Shown: positions 46,183-59,199, counted from the first letter of the stretch. The stretch: 64,000 nucleotides of DNA from Chrysemys picta bellii (GCF_011386835.1 NC_088807.1:24986001-25050000), one strand, 5' to 3'. Notes: generated by a model from the letters alone, not told the origin. Numbers and translations: made by a program.

Positions 46183-47115
46183 TCAGCCCCCCCAGATGCG
46201 GCGCCCACCCAGGAGCCACTTGGCCAGGGCCCCCTTGACATCAGCGTTGCGCAGGCTGTAGATGGCAGGGTTGAGGGTGGGGATGACCACAGTATAGAAG
46301 GCAGCGGCCATCTTGTCGGCCTGGGGAGCATAGCTGCCTTCGGGCCGCAGGTACATGAAGATGATGGTCCCGTAGAGCACGGCCACAGCTGCCAGGTGGG
46401 AGCCGCAGGTGGAGGCAGCCCGGCGCAAGCCCGCCCGCCCCACGGCCCCGAGGATGAGCCCGTAGGAGGCCAGGATGGTCAGCAGGGTGACGCTCTGGAT
46501 GGCTCCGCAGATGGCCAGCAGCAGGGCCTGGTTGAGGCTGGTGTCGGCGCAGGCCAGCTCCAGCACGGACGGGATGATGCAGAAGAAGTGGTCGAGAGTG
46601 CGGCCGCGGCAGAAGGGAAGGCGGAAGGCCAGGCCAGAGTGCACGGCCGCACTGGCCGCCCCGGCCGCATAGGAGCCCAGCACCAGCCCGCGGCAGAGGC
46701 GGGGCGGCACGGCGGCCTGGTAGTGGAGCGGGCGGCAGACGGCGGCGTAGCGGTCGTAGGCCATGACGGCCAGCAGGCAACACTCGGCGTCCCCCGCGGT
46801 GGCGAAGAGGAACATCTGAAGGGCGCAGACTGGGCCGGGGAGGGCGGCCTGGCCGGCCAGCAGACCCCACAGCATGATGGGGCCCACGGCACAGCAGGAG
46901 CAGAGGTCCAGCAGTGCCAAGTGGCTGAGGAAGTAGTACATGGGGGTGTGGAGGGAGCGCTCGACCCAGATCAGAACCGCCAGGCCCAGGTTCCCCACCA
47001 GGCCCAGCAGGAAGACGGGCAGCGCGAGCGAGAAGAGGAGCAGACTTAGGTCTCGGCGGGAGGGGAAGCCCACAAGGAGGAAGTCGGTCACCCCTGTCCG
47101 GTTTGGCCCGGCCAT
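46183..47115 (-). CDS. Olfactory receptor, class II, family 5/8/9-like, 310 aa (OR-C)
   Basis: Duplicate of OR-B with 16 amino-acid differences; open frame. Confidence 0.95.
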   Translation of the reverse strand: MAGPNRTGVTDFLLVGFPSRRDLSLLLFSLALPVFLLGLVGNLGLAVLIWVERSLHTPMYYFLSHLALLDLCSCCAVGPIMLWGLLAGQAALPGPVCALQMFLFATAGDAECCLLAVMAYDRYAAVCRPLHYQAAVPPRLCRGLVLGSYAAGAASAAVHSGLAFRLPFCRGRTLDHFFCIIPSVLELACADTSLNQALLLAICGAIQSVTLLTILASYGLILGAVGRAGLRRAASTCGSHLAAVAVLYGTIIFMYLRPEGSYAPQADKMAAAFYTVVIPTLNPAIYSLRNADVKGALAKWLLGGRRIWGG

Positions 47116-49200
47116 GGGGGGGCACGGATCTGTGGGGAGAGAGCGTGGGTGAGAGCCTGCCCCTCTGCCAGTGCCCTCAGCCCAGGCTGGGGCTGGCACT
47201 GCCCTCTCCTAGTGTCAAGGATTTGGTGTTCGGGGAGGGCTGGTCTGGCGCAGAGATGCAGCCACGTCTGGGGCACGGCAGCTGGGGAACAGCTACACAT
47301 AACGCCACACAACAGTTTAGGCTACGAAGCAAAGAATAAGCCAACATCCACACACATCTTTAGGGACGTTAGCAGGCGAAAGGCGTTGGTGAGGAAAGCG
47401 GGGTTCACGGGGTTCCTTTTGGAAAGAGGGGTCAGTGATTTAAATCTGCAGGCGCTACTGAGCCGGGGGGAGCGATGCCTGGGGCAGGGGGATGACAGAG
47501 GGACCTGGAGGCAGCGTGGCAATGTGATGTGGGCAGACAGCAGGACGGGCACTCGGGACTCCTGGGTTCTATTCGCAGCTCCGCTACTGACCAGCTGGGT
47601 TACGCTGGGCAAGTTACTGCCCAGCTCTAGGGCTCTGCTTCCCCCGGTGCATTCAGACTGGGAGCTCTCGACGGCAGAGCCAGTCTCTCCCTGTGTGTCT
47701 GGGCAGCGCCTGGCATGACAGGGGGCCCTGATCTCAGTCAGGGTCTGGGCACCACCTGGCACGACAGGGGGCCTGATCTCAGTGGGGGTCTGGGCAGCGC
47801 CTGGAACAACGGGGGCCTGATCTCGGTCGGGGTCTGGGCAGCGCCCGTCACGACAGGGGGCCTGATCTCAGTTGGGGTCTGGGCAGCGCCTGTCACGACG
47901 GGGCCCTGATCTCAGTCGGGGTCTGGGCAGCGCCCGGCACAACAGGGCCCTGATCTGTGCAGCACTTAGTGCAACGTGCCCGTCCCCCCACCCCCCCAAG
48001 TCATCTGCAGCCTCCTAGTGGTACCATAATACACATCCCCCTAAAGTGTGGCGGGACATAGTCCCCAGCCTGGCTCTTCGATGGGACAGGGACTCCTGCT
48101 CGGGGTTGGTGACTGAGAGCCCCAAGGCCCGGGTGTGATCGGGGACACACAGTCGGAGCAGAGGAGAAAGGGGGATGGTCCAGACAGCTTTTGGGAGCCC
48201 CACCCTGCCCTGAACACTGATCCCTCCCAGACTGAACTGAACACACAGGGGCGCGGCGGGGGGGGGGGCGGAGGGGTTCAGAGAGGAGCCCCAGGCCCGA
48301 CAGAGGAGAGAAGGACTAACACAGGGGGGCTGAGGCTGGGAGGTACCAAGGGAGGTGGAGTAATCGCTGAGGGCATCCCCCGAGAAGGGCGGGTTTTAGA
48401 CAGGGGGACAGCTAAAGAGAACGAAGGAAAATTGCCTCCTGCTGAGAGATAGAGGGACTGGGAGCCCTGTATGGGCAAAGCGTGGAGGGATTCACCACTG
48501 AGAACCCAGGAGTCCTGGCTCCCAGTCCCCTCTTCTCTCATCCACCAGACCCCACTCCCCTCCCGGAGCCAGGGAGAGAACCCAGGAGTCCTGGCTCCCA
48601 GCCCCCCTGCTCTAACCCACCAGACCCCACTCCCCTCCTGGAGCCAGGGAGAGAACCCAGGAGTCCTGGCTCCCAGCCCTCCCTGCTCTAATGACAGGAC
48701 CCCACTCCCCTCCCAGTGCTGGGGAGAGAACCCAGGGGTCCTGGCTCCCAGCTCCCCGCTGCTCTAACCATTAGCCCCCACTCCCCTCCCCGAGCCAGGG
48801 ACAGAACCCAGGCATCCTGGCTCCCACTGATTGTGGCTGGACAGCCCCCTGACCAGAGGAGGAGGTGATGGGGGTCAGTGCGGAGGGGGTGTCCCTACCC
48901 GGGAATGGCCCCGTGTCCCGTCTCTACCCCACGGCACCCGCCCTACCTGGGCAGCGGCAGGGTCTGCGTCTCTCTTGGTGCCGGTGCCTGCTGCTTTCCA
49001 CCCGGGCGGCGCCGGGGCTTTTATGGCCCCTTTCCCCGGCATCCACGAGTCCTCCCCTGGCACCGACTCCCAAGGCTCCTGCCTGAGCCAATCTCCACCG
49101 TGCCAGCCGGGCCCCGCAGACGGAGGGGCTGGGCGCTCATCACCCCCCGGCTCCTGCCCGCAGGGAGTCAGACGCAGGCAGCTAATCGCACGGGAAATTG

Positions 49201-49244
<44 letters not shown>

Positions 49245-51005
49245 CATGGAGTGCTCCCAGTAACCCGCATTAGAGCAGAACCAGCCTTGGATCTTCTGCT
49301 CTGCTGCCAAGAGAGGTCGGCCCCCGGGTGGCGCTGAGGGCTGGGCCCTTTGCACCCAGCGCGGTGTGAGGGAGATGCCATCCCATGTGCTTCCGAGGCT
49401 GGGCACCTGGGCTTTTTGAGACCCCACTCCGCTCCCAGAACTGGGGAGAGAACCCAGGAGTCCTTGCTCTCAGCCCCCCCTGCTCTAACCATTAAACCCC
49501 ACTCCCCTCCCAGAGCTGAGAGAACCCAGGAGTCCTGGCTCCCAGCCTCCCTGCTCTAACCACTAGACCCCACTCCTCTCCTGGAGCTGGGCTTTCACCT
49601 TAGGGTGTGAATTCTGTAGTCTCGGAAGGGGCCCCATTGCCTTCTTCACGTGTGTGGGGTTAGTACCTAGTGGTTAGACCAGGAGGGGATGGGGGAATGA
49701 GGATTCCTGGGTTCTATCCCCAGCTCTTGGGGCTAGTGGGCTAGACCAGGGAGGTGGGGGGTGGGAGCCAGGACTCCTGAGTTCTCTCCACACCTCTTGG
49801 CCGGGAGCGGGGTCGGGGGGGGGGGGGGGGGATGGACTGATTTCCAGCCACGCTTGCTCCTGCGGAGGTAGAGGGACGACGCGGCAGCTTACATCCCTGG
49901 GCGCCCTGAAGGGAACGTCCTGGTGCTGAAAGCGGTAGGAACAGAAGTGGGGGGCTCTCATCGCCCCCACAGCAGCCCGTCCTCCTGCCCAGCAATTTGC
50001 TCTGCTAATCAGCCCCAAAATCAAACCTGCTCCCCACAATTCTGCCCCCTCCAGCATCCCATCAATTGTGCCCCCCAACAATTCTGCTGTTCCAAGCCCC
50101 CACCACAATCCAGGCCCCTCCAGCCCCCCATGAATGTTGCCCCCTGCAGCCCCCACCAGCTGGGGGTGGAGGCGGAGCGGCTGACGGGCTGCGGTGGGAG
50201 TTTGTGGTAATTAACAGGACATTTGTCCCACAATCTCTCCAAGCCGGGCATTGTCCAGGGGACAGAGGTCAGAGATTCTCCCCTGGGTGTGAGCCCAGAG
50301 CTCTGCGAGATGCTTGGAGTCATTAAGCGCCTCCCAATTATGGCGCACAGAGGCTGGGGTGACATGCCACCCCACATCCCTGTGTCCAAAAGAGATGTGG
50401 AGGAGACCAGCTGATTTCAGAGGGTTAGCTGGGCTGCGTCCCATCCAGAGGCCCCTCTACTACGGGCTGAGCATTTAAGGGGCCGTGAAGTGCAGAGACA
50501 GGACGGGGCCACTGGCCGTTAGGGTCTCAGATTGTCGGTGATGGACTGAGCACAACGCTCCTGTCACACGAGGTCCGGGAGCGGCTGTTGGATTTTGGAC
50601 TGGCTGGGAGCTGGTGCCCCCTGGACAGGGAAGGCCCATGTCTCATTCCCGGCCAAATTAGAGCCAGTGCCCCCTAGAGGGAAAAGGCCCACTTATCCCG
50701 TTCGCTGTCCCCCAGAACTAGCCACTCCCTCCAGTCATATTGCTGCTTATACAAAAACATCGGCGTTTAGTTAAAAAGCTTCTAAGCCCACTTACGTTTT
50801 CACACCGGTGCAAGAGGATGTGGTTGAAGCCTTTTAAATTTTGTAATCAATTTATTTAAGTTGCAGAAAATTACGGGAGAGGTCGGCGAATCATTGCGTC
50901 GTGACCGTCAACGTTGCGGTTCAAAAAGATAACGCTTGCTATCCGTGACGACCCAAACTGTCAGCGTCACAAGGTCCAGCAAAATAGACACCGTAAATGT
51001 CTTTG

Positions 51006-51222
51006 TATCAGAGGGGTAGCCGTGTTAGTCTGAATCTGTAAAAAGCAACAGAGGGTCCTGTGGCACCTTTAAGACTAACAGAAGTATTGGGAGCATAAGC
51101 TTTCGTGGGTAAGAACCTCACTTCTTCTTTCATCTGAAGAAGTGAGGTTCTTACCCACGAAAGCTTATGCTCCCAATACTTCTGTTAGTCTTAAAGGTGC
51201 CACAGGACCCTCTGTTGCTTTT
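51006..51222. mobile_element. Penelope-like inverted (palindromic) insertion
   Basis: Perfect 87-bp arms 51041-51127 / 51136-51222, 8-nt spacer; 14-bp TSD cgtaaat(g/a)tctttg. Confidence 0.92.
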
Positions 51223-51440
51223 CGTAAATATCTTTGGCTGTCATGCTAAGATGTTCTCGAGCAGCAGATTTCCCAGTCCGCCTCGCTGCCGGTTTCGATG
51301 ATTGTCAACGGAAATATTTTGCTGCCGGGTTGCGGGCATTGGGGGAAATCGATGTTTACAGATAAAACAATGACAAAGCAGGATGTGCATGTATGCATGA
51401 AGCGAGTTAGTTAATATAAAAAGTACCATATATATATATT

Positions 51441-53186
51441 TAGGGTGGTCAAGCGATTAAAAACATTAATCGCGCGATTAATCGCACTGTTAAACAATAA
51501 TAGAATACCATTTCTGTTAAAAATTTCTCCATTTTCAAATATGTTGATTTCAATGACAACACAGAGTACAAAAAGTGTACTGTGCTCACTTTATTTTTGA
51601 TTACAAATATTTGCACTGTAAAAAAGAAACAAAAGAAGTAGTATTTTTCAATTCACCTCCTACAAATGCTGAAGTGCAATATCTTATGAACATGAAAGTT
51701 GAACTTACAAAACAGAACTGCATTCAAAATAAAACCATGTAAAACTTTAGAGCCTTCAAGTCCTACTTCTTGTTCAGCCAATCGCTCAGACAAACAAGTT
51801 TGGTTACATTTGCAGGAGATAATGCTGCCCGCTTCACTTGATGATAACCTGTCTGTTCATTCCCTTTGGGGCACCTGCCATTGGCCACTGTCAGAGGACA
51901 GGATACCTTTGGTCTGACCCAGTATGGACGTTCTTATGTTCTTGTTTACAAAGTCACCTGAAGGTGAGAACTGGCGTTCTCATGACACTGTTGTAGCTGG
52001 CATTGCAAGATATTTACATGACAGATGCATTAAAGATTCATATGTCCCTTCATTCTTCAACCACCATTCCAGAGGACATGCGTCCATGCTGATGACGGGT
52101 TCTGCTTGATAACAATCCAAAGCAGTGTGGACTGATGCATGTTCATTTTCATCATCTGAGTCAGATGCCACCAGCAGAAGGTTGATTTTCTTTGCTGGTG
52201 GTTCAGGTTATGTAGTTTCCACATTGGAGTGTTGCTGTTTTAAGACTTCTAAAAGCATGCTCCACACCTCCTCCCTCTAAGGTTTTGGAAAGCACTTCTG
52301 ATTCTTAAACCTTGGGTCGAGTGCTGTAGCTACCTTTAGAAATCTCACATTGGTACCTTCTTTGCGTTTTGTCAACTCTGCAGTGAACGTGTTCTTAAAA
52401 CGAACATGTGCTGGGTCATCATCCGAGACTGCTATCACATGAAATATATGGCAGAATGCGGGTAAAACAGAGCAGGAGACATACAATTCTCCTCCAAGGA
52501 GTTCAGTCACAAATTTAATTAAAGCATCATTTTTTTAACAAGTGTCAACAGCATGGACGCATGTCCTGTGGCGTGGTGGCCAAAGCATGAAGGGGCAGAC
52601 GGATGTTTAGCACATCTGGCACGTAAATACCTTGCAGTGCCAGCTACAAAAGTGCCATATGAATGCCTGTTCTCACCTTCAGGTGACATTGTAAATGAGA
52701 AGCAGACAGCAATATCTCCCATAAACATAACCAAACTGGTTTGTCTGAGCGATTGGCTGAATAAGAAGTAGGACTGAGTGGCCTTGTAGGCTCTAAAGTT
52801 TTACACTGTTTTGTTTTTGAGTGTAGTTATGTAACAAAAAAAAATCTACATTTATAAGTTACACATTCACGATAAAGAGATTGCTCTGCAGTACTTGTAT
52901 AAGATGAATTGGAAAATACTATTTCTGTTGTCATTTTTACAGTGCAAATATTTGTGATAAAATAATATAAAGGGAGCACTGTACACTTTGTATTCCGTGT
53001 TGTAATTGTCATCAATATATTTGAAAATGTAGAAAAACATCCAAAAATATTTAATACATTTCAATTGGTACTCTGTTGTTTAACAGTGCAAATAAAACTG
53101 TGATTATTCACGATTCTTTTTTTTAATCGCGATTACTTTTTTTTTGGTTAATCGCGTGAGTTTACTGCGATTAATCAACAGCCCTA
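51441..53186. mobile_element. hAT transposon derivative with transposase C-terminal remnants on both strands
   Basis: TAGGG(T/C)...CCCTA termini in an AT run; CPLEWW..KYLAMPAT (minus, 51980-52171) and CPVAWW..KYLAVPAT..LFS (plus, 52553-52771); small CR1 tail at about 51848-51940. Confidence 0.88.
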
Positions 53187-54189
53187 ATATATATGCACAG
53201 CCTTGTCCATAAGTTAGTAAGCTCAACAAAGATGCTGTTACACACTGCAAATCACTTCTGAGTGTGGTGGCAGAAGTGGGATCCCTCTCCGAGTGCTTCA
53301 CAGCAGACCTTGCCTTGGCTCATGAATCCTTCACCCTAGATGTTCACATCTGGCCCGGACACATGGGGCCTTGGGTCAGACCCACCAGGGGCTGGCACAG
53401 CCTGAGCTGTTGCACTTAGCATCTGTGACGTACCTTGGGGAACCCCCCTAGCTACCCTTCCATGCTTCCACCTGGAGAACATCTTGCTTGTACTTAGCAG
53501 GTTGGTTCCTCCTCACCCCGCAAAAAAATTCAGTCTGTTGCAGGACGGGCTGGCTTTACAAAGAACCAGGCTCCAAACCTTCACAAAAACTCCTACTTCT
53601 GCTAGGGGCTGTGCTCAGTGAATGCCTTTCCCCACACGGGTCATCCCGAAAACAGTCTTGTCTTGATCTATACCAGGGCGAGTGCCCACCCGCTGTGCTG
53701 GTACTTTTGATGGTTTAAATTGTTTGCAGCGGTCTCCAATGGTCAGAGCCGTCCTGTATATAGGGCGGTTCAGGGCGGTTGCTTTGGGGGGCCCCGGGCT
53801 TCAGGGGGATGTGGGGCCAGGGGGCACGGGGCCCTGCACCAGAGCAACCACCCTGCTCCACTCCCAGCGTCTCTCGGGAAAGGGGCTGAAGGGGTGGAAT
53901 GGCGGCAGGGTGTGGTAGGGGCGAGAAGAGGTGAGACGGAGGCTTGTGGGAAGGGGTGGAGTAGGGGCAGGGCCTGGGGTGGGGGGGTTGTCCTGGGCCC
54001 CGCACCCCACTAGGGATGGTTTCCGCTTGTTAGGGTAGTGATGGAGCAAGGCTAGACAAAGCCTTGCATTATGCCCCCCCGGCCATCCAGGAAAAGCACA
54101 ACAACTCTCTCCTGCTTGAACGGGCTGTCACCCGGATGCATGAACCCCAGGACTCATTTTCACGCCAAGTCCATAAAGTGGGGGTGACA

Positions 54190-55265
54190 CCCTGACACCC
54201 CAATATTCACCGCTGTCGTGTCAGGAGATGTTTTGTACACGATAGGTCTTGTGAGGTGTCATTCTAAAAGTCGGGCTCTGCGAGACATCCGTGTCTCATT
54301 GGATTGGACGTGTTATCGCTGGATGGGAAGTTATGGAGGTTGGCTACGGAAGCAGCTTTTTAGGCACGACAGTACAAAAAAAGCCAATCAATGGCTTATT
54401 GAGGAAATGCACACGAGCACTCGGATTACCCCAAGCGCTGTGTTCAGTAGAAACCTTTCAGAGATAACACTACACAGTGGGAACTGTTTGACCCAGGCCA
54501 CAGCAAAATAGGGCTGCCAGACAGCAAGTGTGAAAAATTGGGACAAGGGGTGGGGGGTAATAGGAGTCTATATGAGAAAAAGACCCAAAAGTCGGGACTG
54601 TCCCTATAAAATCGGGACATCTGGTCACCCTACAGCAAAAGAGCTTTCCAGCAAGGGGAAAGAGGAGATAAAAGGGGGACAATGACATTGCGGGGGCAGG
54701 GAGAGAACCTCATTCTCCCTGCAGCAACATACCTGGAAACACCTAAGGGACAAAGACTGAACTATGAGAAGTGATGGTCCCAGGCAAGAGAGATTCCTAG
54801 CCTGTGTATGAAAACCTGGGAAATGCGAGCTGCAAAGCCAAGCGAGCTTGTGCCTTAAGAATCTGCCTGCCTGTTTATCACTTAGCGTGAGAATTTGCTA
54901 ATGTATCCTCATAATCTCTTTAGTGTGGTAAATTTAGTCTGAGTGTTTTGTTTATTTACTAAAGGAATCTGCTTTGTTCTGTTTGCTATCTCTGATAACC
55001 ACTGAAAAGCTACCTTTTGTAGTTCAGACACTTCTTTCTTGTTTATACCATAACCCAGTTTGTGCAATTAGGAACTGGGAGGGGCAAAGAGCTGCGTCTC
55101 CCCAGAGCTGATCTGAGAGTCTGTATCTTTCTGCAGCTGGGCGTGGCCCTGTCTGTGTGCATGGCTGGAAGAGGCTTGGGAGCCTAGCCCAGCAAGAAAA
55201 GGTAAACGGGGCCCAGGCTGGCGGAACAGGCGGACTCAGAGGTATCCCAGTACAACAGGTGGCAC
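54190..55265 (+). mobile_element. Gypsy/ERV-type LTR remnant
   Basis: LTR-like composition ending ggtatcccagtacaacaggtggca; its 3' half is copied at 31310-31760; boundaries approximate. Confidence 0.5.
54509..54632. mobile_element. hAT MITE
   Basis: TAGGGCTGCCAGA / TCTGGTCACCCTA ends, perfect 8-bp TSD CAGCAAAA. Confidence 0.85.
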
Positions 55266-55721
55266 GCCGAACAGGGACAAGTGGACTTTCAATAGAGTTA
55301 CTTTATTCCTTAAATATTACCCGGACACACATCTCGCAGTCGTGATAAATTACGAGCTTTCTGTAGATACCTCACAGGCTCCTCTTTATGGCTAAAGATC
55401 CCGTAAGATGGGTGTTTGGTGGAGTGAGTTTGTCTGGACTGAGTTGCAAAGACCTGGGGACCCTTCCCCAAGGCGCCTCTGTCACGGCTTCTTGCCCAGT
55501 GGCTAAGCCACCAACGGGGCTTTATGAGGTTGTACCAGATCCTGCAGTTCTAGCCAAAGGTCCTAGGTATGATTTCCTCTCAGGGACTGTGGCTTTTTCG
55601 TGGATTCTCAGGCCACTGTCATCATCTACTCTGATCTCCTGTATCACCCAGGCCAGAGAACGTCCCCCAGATAATTCCTAGCACAGATCTGTTGGAAAAC
55701 CATCCCATCTCCACTTGATGT

Positions 55722-56460
55722 GCAGCAGCAGTCCAAAAAGCAGAGTCTTGGGAGTCATTAGGAAAGGGACAGATAATAAGACAGAAAATATCCTAGTGCC
55801 TCTATATAAATCCACGGTCCGCACGCATCTTGAATACTGTGTGCAGATCTGGTCGCCCCATCTCAAAAAAGATAGATTGCCCTGGAAAAGGTTCAGAAAA
55901 GGGCAACAACAATGGTTAGGGGCATGGAACAGCTTCCGCATGAGAATAGATGAAGAAGACTGGGACTTTTCAGCTTGGAAAAGAGTCCACTAAGGGGGGA
56001 TATGAGAGAGGTCTATAAAATCATGACTGGTGTGGAGAAAGTAAATCAAGAAGTGTTATTTACTCCTCATAACACAAGAACTAAGAGTCACCCGATGAAA
56101 TGAATAGGCAGAAGATTTAAAACAAACAAAAGGAAGTATTTTTTTCACACAACACACAGTCAGCCTGTGGAACTCCTTGCCACAGGATGTTGTGAAGGCC
56201 AAGACTATAACAGGGTTAAAAGAAGAACTAGATAAGTTCATGAAAGATAGGTCCATCAATGGCTATTAGCCAGGATGGGCAGGGATGGTGTCCCTAGCTT
56301 CTGTTTGTCAGAAGTTGGGAATGGGCAACAGGAGATGGACACTTGATGATTCCTGCTCTGTTCATTCCCTCTGGGGCACCTGGCACTGGCCACTGTTAGC
56401 AGACAGGACACTGAGATAGATGGACCTTTGGTCTGACCCAATATGGCCACACTTATGTTC
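55722..56460 (+). mobile_element. CR1 3' fragment
   Basis: HLEYCVQIWSPHLKKD, then a 3' UTR ending cttatgttc. Confidence 0.88.
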
Positions 56461-56770
56461 AGAACTTTGACTCGTTGGGCCCATTTATACTATCTAAATT
56501 AATACAACAGGCCTTGTGGCTGATCCAGTCTGGCCATACCCTTGAGAACATCCCTTAATTTACTCCCTTTTCTATGGAAAGTCTTGGGCTGTGTATTTGT
56601 GTGTGTGTATGTAGGTGGGTGTGACCCTGCATATGTGTTAGTTCCACCAGCCTCATGTCTGAGGAGAAAAGAACCCAGGTATCCTGGTGGACCTAAGGGG
56701 GGAAGGTTCCCTGGACACATCTTGGGTGAAAAGTCCATACCCAGCGCACTGATGGAGCTGCAGGCTGGTC

Positions 56771-57709
56771 TCACGCACTCCGAGCCAGGACCTTCCTCCT
56801 TGCCCTCCTCAGGGCCACGGCCACGTCCTTGTTCCTCAGACTGTAGATGAGGGGGTTCAGGGCGGGCGCCACCGCTGTGTAGAAGATGGCCACCTGCCGG
56901 TCACGCTCCTGGGAATAGCTGGAGGCCGGGCGGAAATAGAGCCAGGCCACGGTGCCATAAAAGAGCATCACCACTGTCAGGTGGGAGCCGCAGGTGGAGA
57001 GGGCCTTGCGCAGGCCGTGGGCAGAGCGCAGGCGGCCCACAGTGACCCCGATGCGGGCGTAGGAGGCCAGGATGAAGACGAAAGGGGCCAGCACCACCAG
57101 GACACCTTCGGTGAAGGCAGCCAACTCGTTGGAGAAGGGCCGGGTGCAGGAAAGGTGCAGCAGGGGCGGCAGGTCGCAGAAGAAGTGCTGCAGGCGGCGG
57201 CTGCAGTAGCGCAGCCGGGCGGCCATGACTGTGTGCAGCAGGGAGTGGGGGATCACCACGGCCCAGGAGACGGCGGCCATCTTGAGGCAAAGGGGCCGCG
57301 TCACCACGGTGGCATAGCGCAGCGGGTTGCAGATGGCCACGTAGCGGTCATAGGCCATGGCAGCCAGCAGGTAGCCCTCCATGTTGCCCACAGCCATGAA
57401 GATGAAGAGCTGGGCCATGCAGCTGGCGAAGGGGACGGCCCGGCGCTGGGTCAGGGCGTGCACCAGGGCCTGAGGCAAGGTGATGGAGGCGAAGCTCACA
57501 TCCACCACGGCCAGCTGGCTGAGGAGGAAGTACATGGGGCTGCGGAGCTGGGGGTCAGCCCACACCGCCCCAAGCAGCAGAGAGTTGCCAGCTAGGTTCA
57601 CCAGATATGTGGTCAGGAGCCCTGCGAAGATCAGCGGCTGCAGGTCCTGACGTTCAGACAGACCCAGGAGCACAAACTCGGAGACGGACGTCCAGTTGGC
57701 ATCGTCCAT
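56771..57709 (-). CDS. Olfactory receptor, class II, family 1-like, 312 aa (OR-D)
   Basis: MDDANWTSVSEFVLLGLS, LRSPMYFLL, MAYDRYVAICNPLRY, HFFCD, KALSTCGSHL, PALNPLIYSLRN; strong acceptor ctcccttctcctccctgctcAG at 57731-57732; Kozak caccATGg. Confidence 0.96.
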   Translation of the reverse strand: MDDANWTSVSEFVLLGLSERQDLQPLIFAGLLTTYLVNLAGNSLLLGAVWADPQLRSPMYFLLSQLAVVDVSFASITLPQALVHALTQRRAVPFASCMAQLFIFMAVGNMEGYLLAAMAYDRYVAICNPLRYATVVTRPLCLKMAAVSWAVVIPHSLLHTVMAARLRYCSRRLQHFFCDLPPLLHLSCTRPFSNELAAFTEGVLVVLAPFVFILASYARIGVTVGRLRSAHGLRKALSTCGSHLTVVMLFYGTVAWLYFRPASSYSQERDRQVAIFYTAVAPALNPLIYSLRNKDVAVALRRARRKVLARSA

Positions 57710-58762
57710 GGTGAGGGACCACAGTGGCACCTGAGCAGGGAGGAGAAGGGAGTTGCCAGTGATGTAACACGCTGACGAATTATGCCAGCCCTCTTTGAAT
57801 AATGGTTTAACAGCGCGATCTTGTTTTAAAGTTGTTCCACATTGGAGACTCCAACCCTCACTAAGTTCTGCTCACGGTTACTGACCCTCGCTGTTAAAAA
57901 TTTACACCTTACGTCTTGTCTGAATTTGTCTAGCTTCGACTTCCAGACACTGGCACTCAGTATTCCTTTGTCTACCAGACTGATACTCTATGACACTGGC
58001 AAACCAAGCGCTTGCTCTTGCCAAGACAGCAGGCAAAAGCTAAGGACTAACAAACTCATAGCTGGAGGCTAAAGCAGTTCATCTGTATGGTAGTTTTGCT
58101 CAAAACAGGGGTTAGTCTCATAAGAATGTATTTGGCGTTTCGACTCTATGTAACTCTTGTAAATTGCTGCTGGCATTAATCTCACTTACAATGTTGGTAT
58201 TCCGAGCTATAAAAAAATATGTATGTTTTGTTTTATAGAAAATGTTTGCTCTGAACTTGGGAACCCTCCCCGCCACCCATCCAGAAGGACTATCCAGATC
58301 AGATGGGCCACCAAGGACCATTGCAATGCAATGGATTGGTTAATGGCCCTGTCACACCTTCGAAATGCTACGTGCAAGAAGGTTTGTCCTGGGGTCTCAG
58401 AAGCTGAATGAAGGAAATAAAACAAAGTAATGGGAAAATCATCCATCTCTTTGCCGTTTGAACTCCGACAGGGCCAGAGACACCAAACTGAAGCCAGAGA
58501 TCCCCAGGGGTTACCTCTTGGGTCTGCCCTGAAAGACACTTTGAAGGGACAGATCTCTACAAGTTGGTCACTCACAGGATTTCAATGACAACTCATTGAT
58601 GTGTATGTATTTGCTCACTTTAACCTGTGAACAACTCTCTTCTTTCTTTTTCCTAGTTAATAAACCTTTATTCCGGGGTGGTTACAGGCGTTGTCTTTGG
58701 GGACTGGAAGCAACCTGAATGTGGCAGGATTTTTGGTGGAAGTGGTCATTGATCACTATAGA

Positions 58763-59187
58763 CATAGGTACCTACTCTGTGGGTGCTCTGGGGCTGGAGC
58801 ACCCACAGGGAAAAATTGGTGGGTGCTTTGCACCCCACCGGCAGCTCCCCACCTGCAGCTCACCTCTGCCTCCTCCCCTGAGTGCGCCATCCCCACTTCT
58901 CCTCCCAGCGCTTGCCTCCATGAAACAGCTGTTTTGCAGCATAACAAGCTGTGGGAGGGAGGGGAGAGGAGCAGGAACGCGGTGCACTTAGGGGAGAAGG
59001 CGGGGAAGAGGCAGGGCCAGGGTGGGGATTTGGGGAAGGAGTCCAATAGGGGCAGGGAGGAGTTGGGGGGGGGACTTTGGGGAAGGGGTTGGGATGGGGG
59101 CAGGGCAGAGGTGGGAGGGGGCAGGGAAGGGGTGGAGGCAGGGTGGGGCCGGGGGGATGGGGCCGCCAGGAGAAGTTGGTGCCTATG
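58763..59187. mobile_element. hAT-type MITE with a G-rich interior
   Basis: CATAGGTACC / GGTGCCTATG ends, TSD actataga/actacaga. Confidence 0.75.
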
Positions 59188-59199
59188 ACTACAGACCTC

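Noticed and set aside
55260-55278. tggcacgccgaacagggac resembles a tRNA-Lys3 primer-binding site
   Set aside because: Two differences from the canonical PBS, no clear LTR CA end before it, and no gag-like sequence recognised after it.
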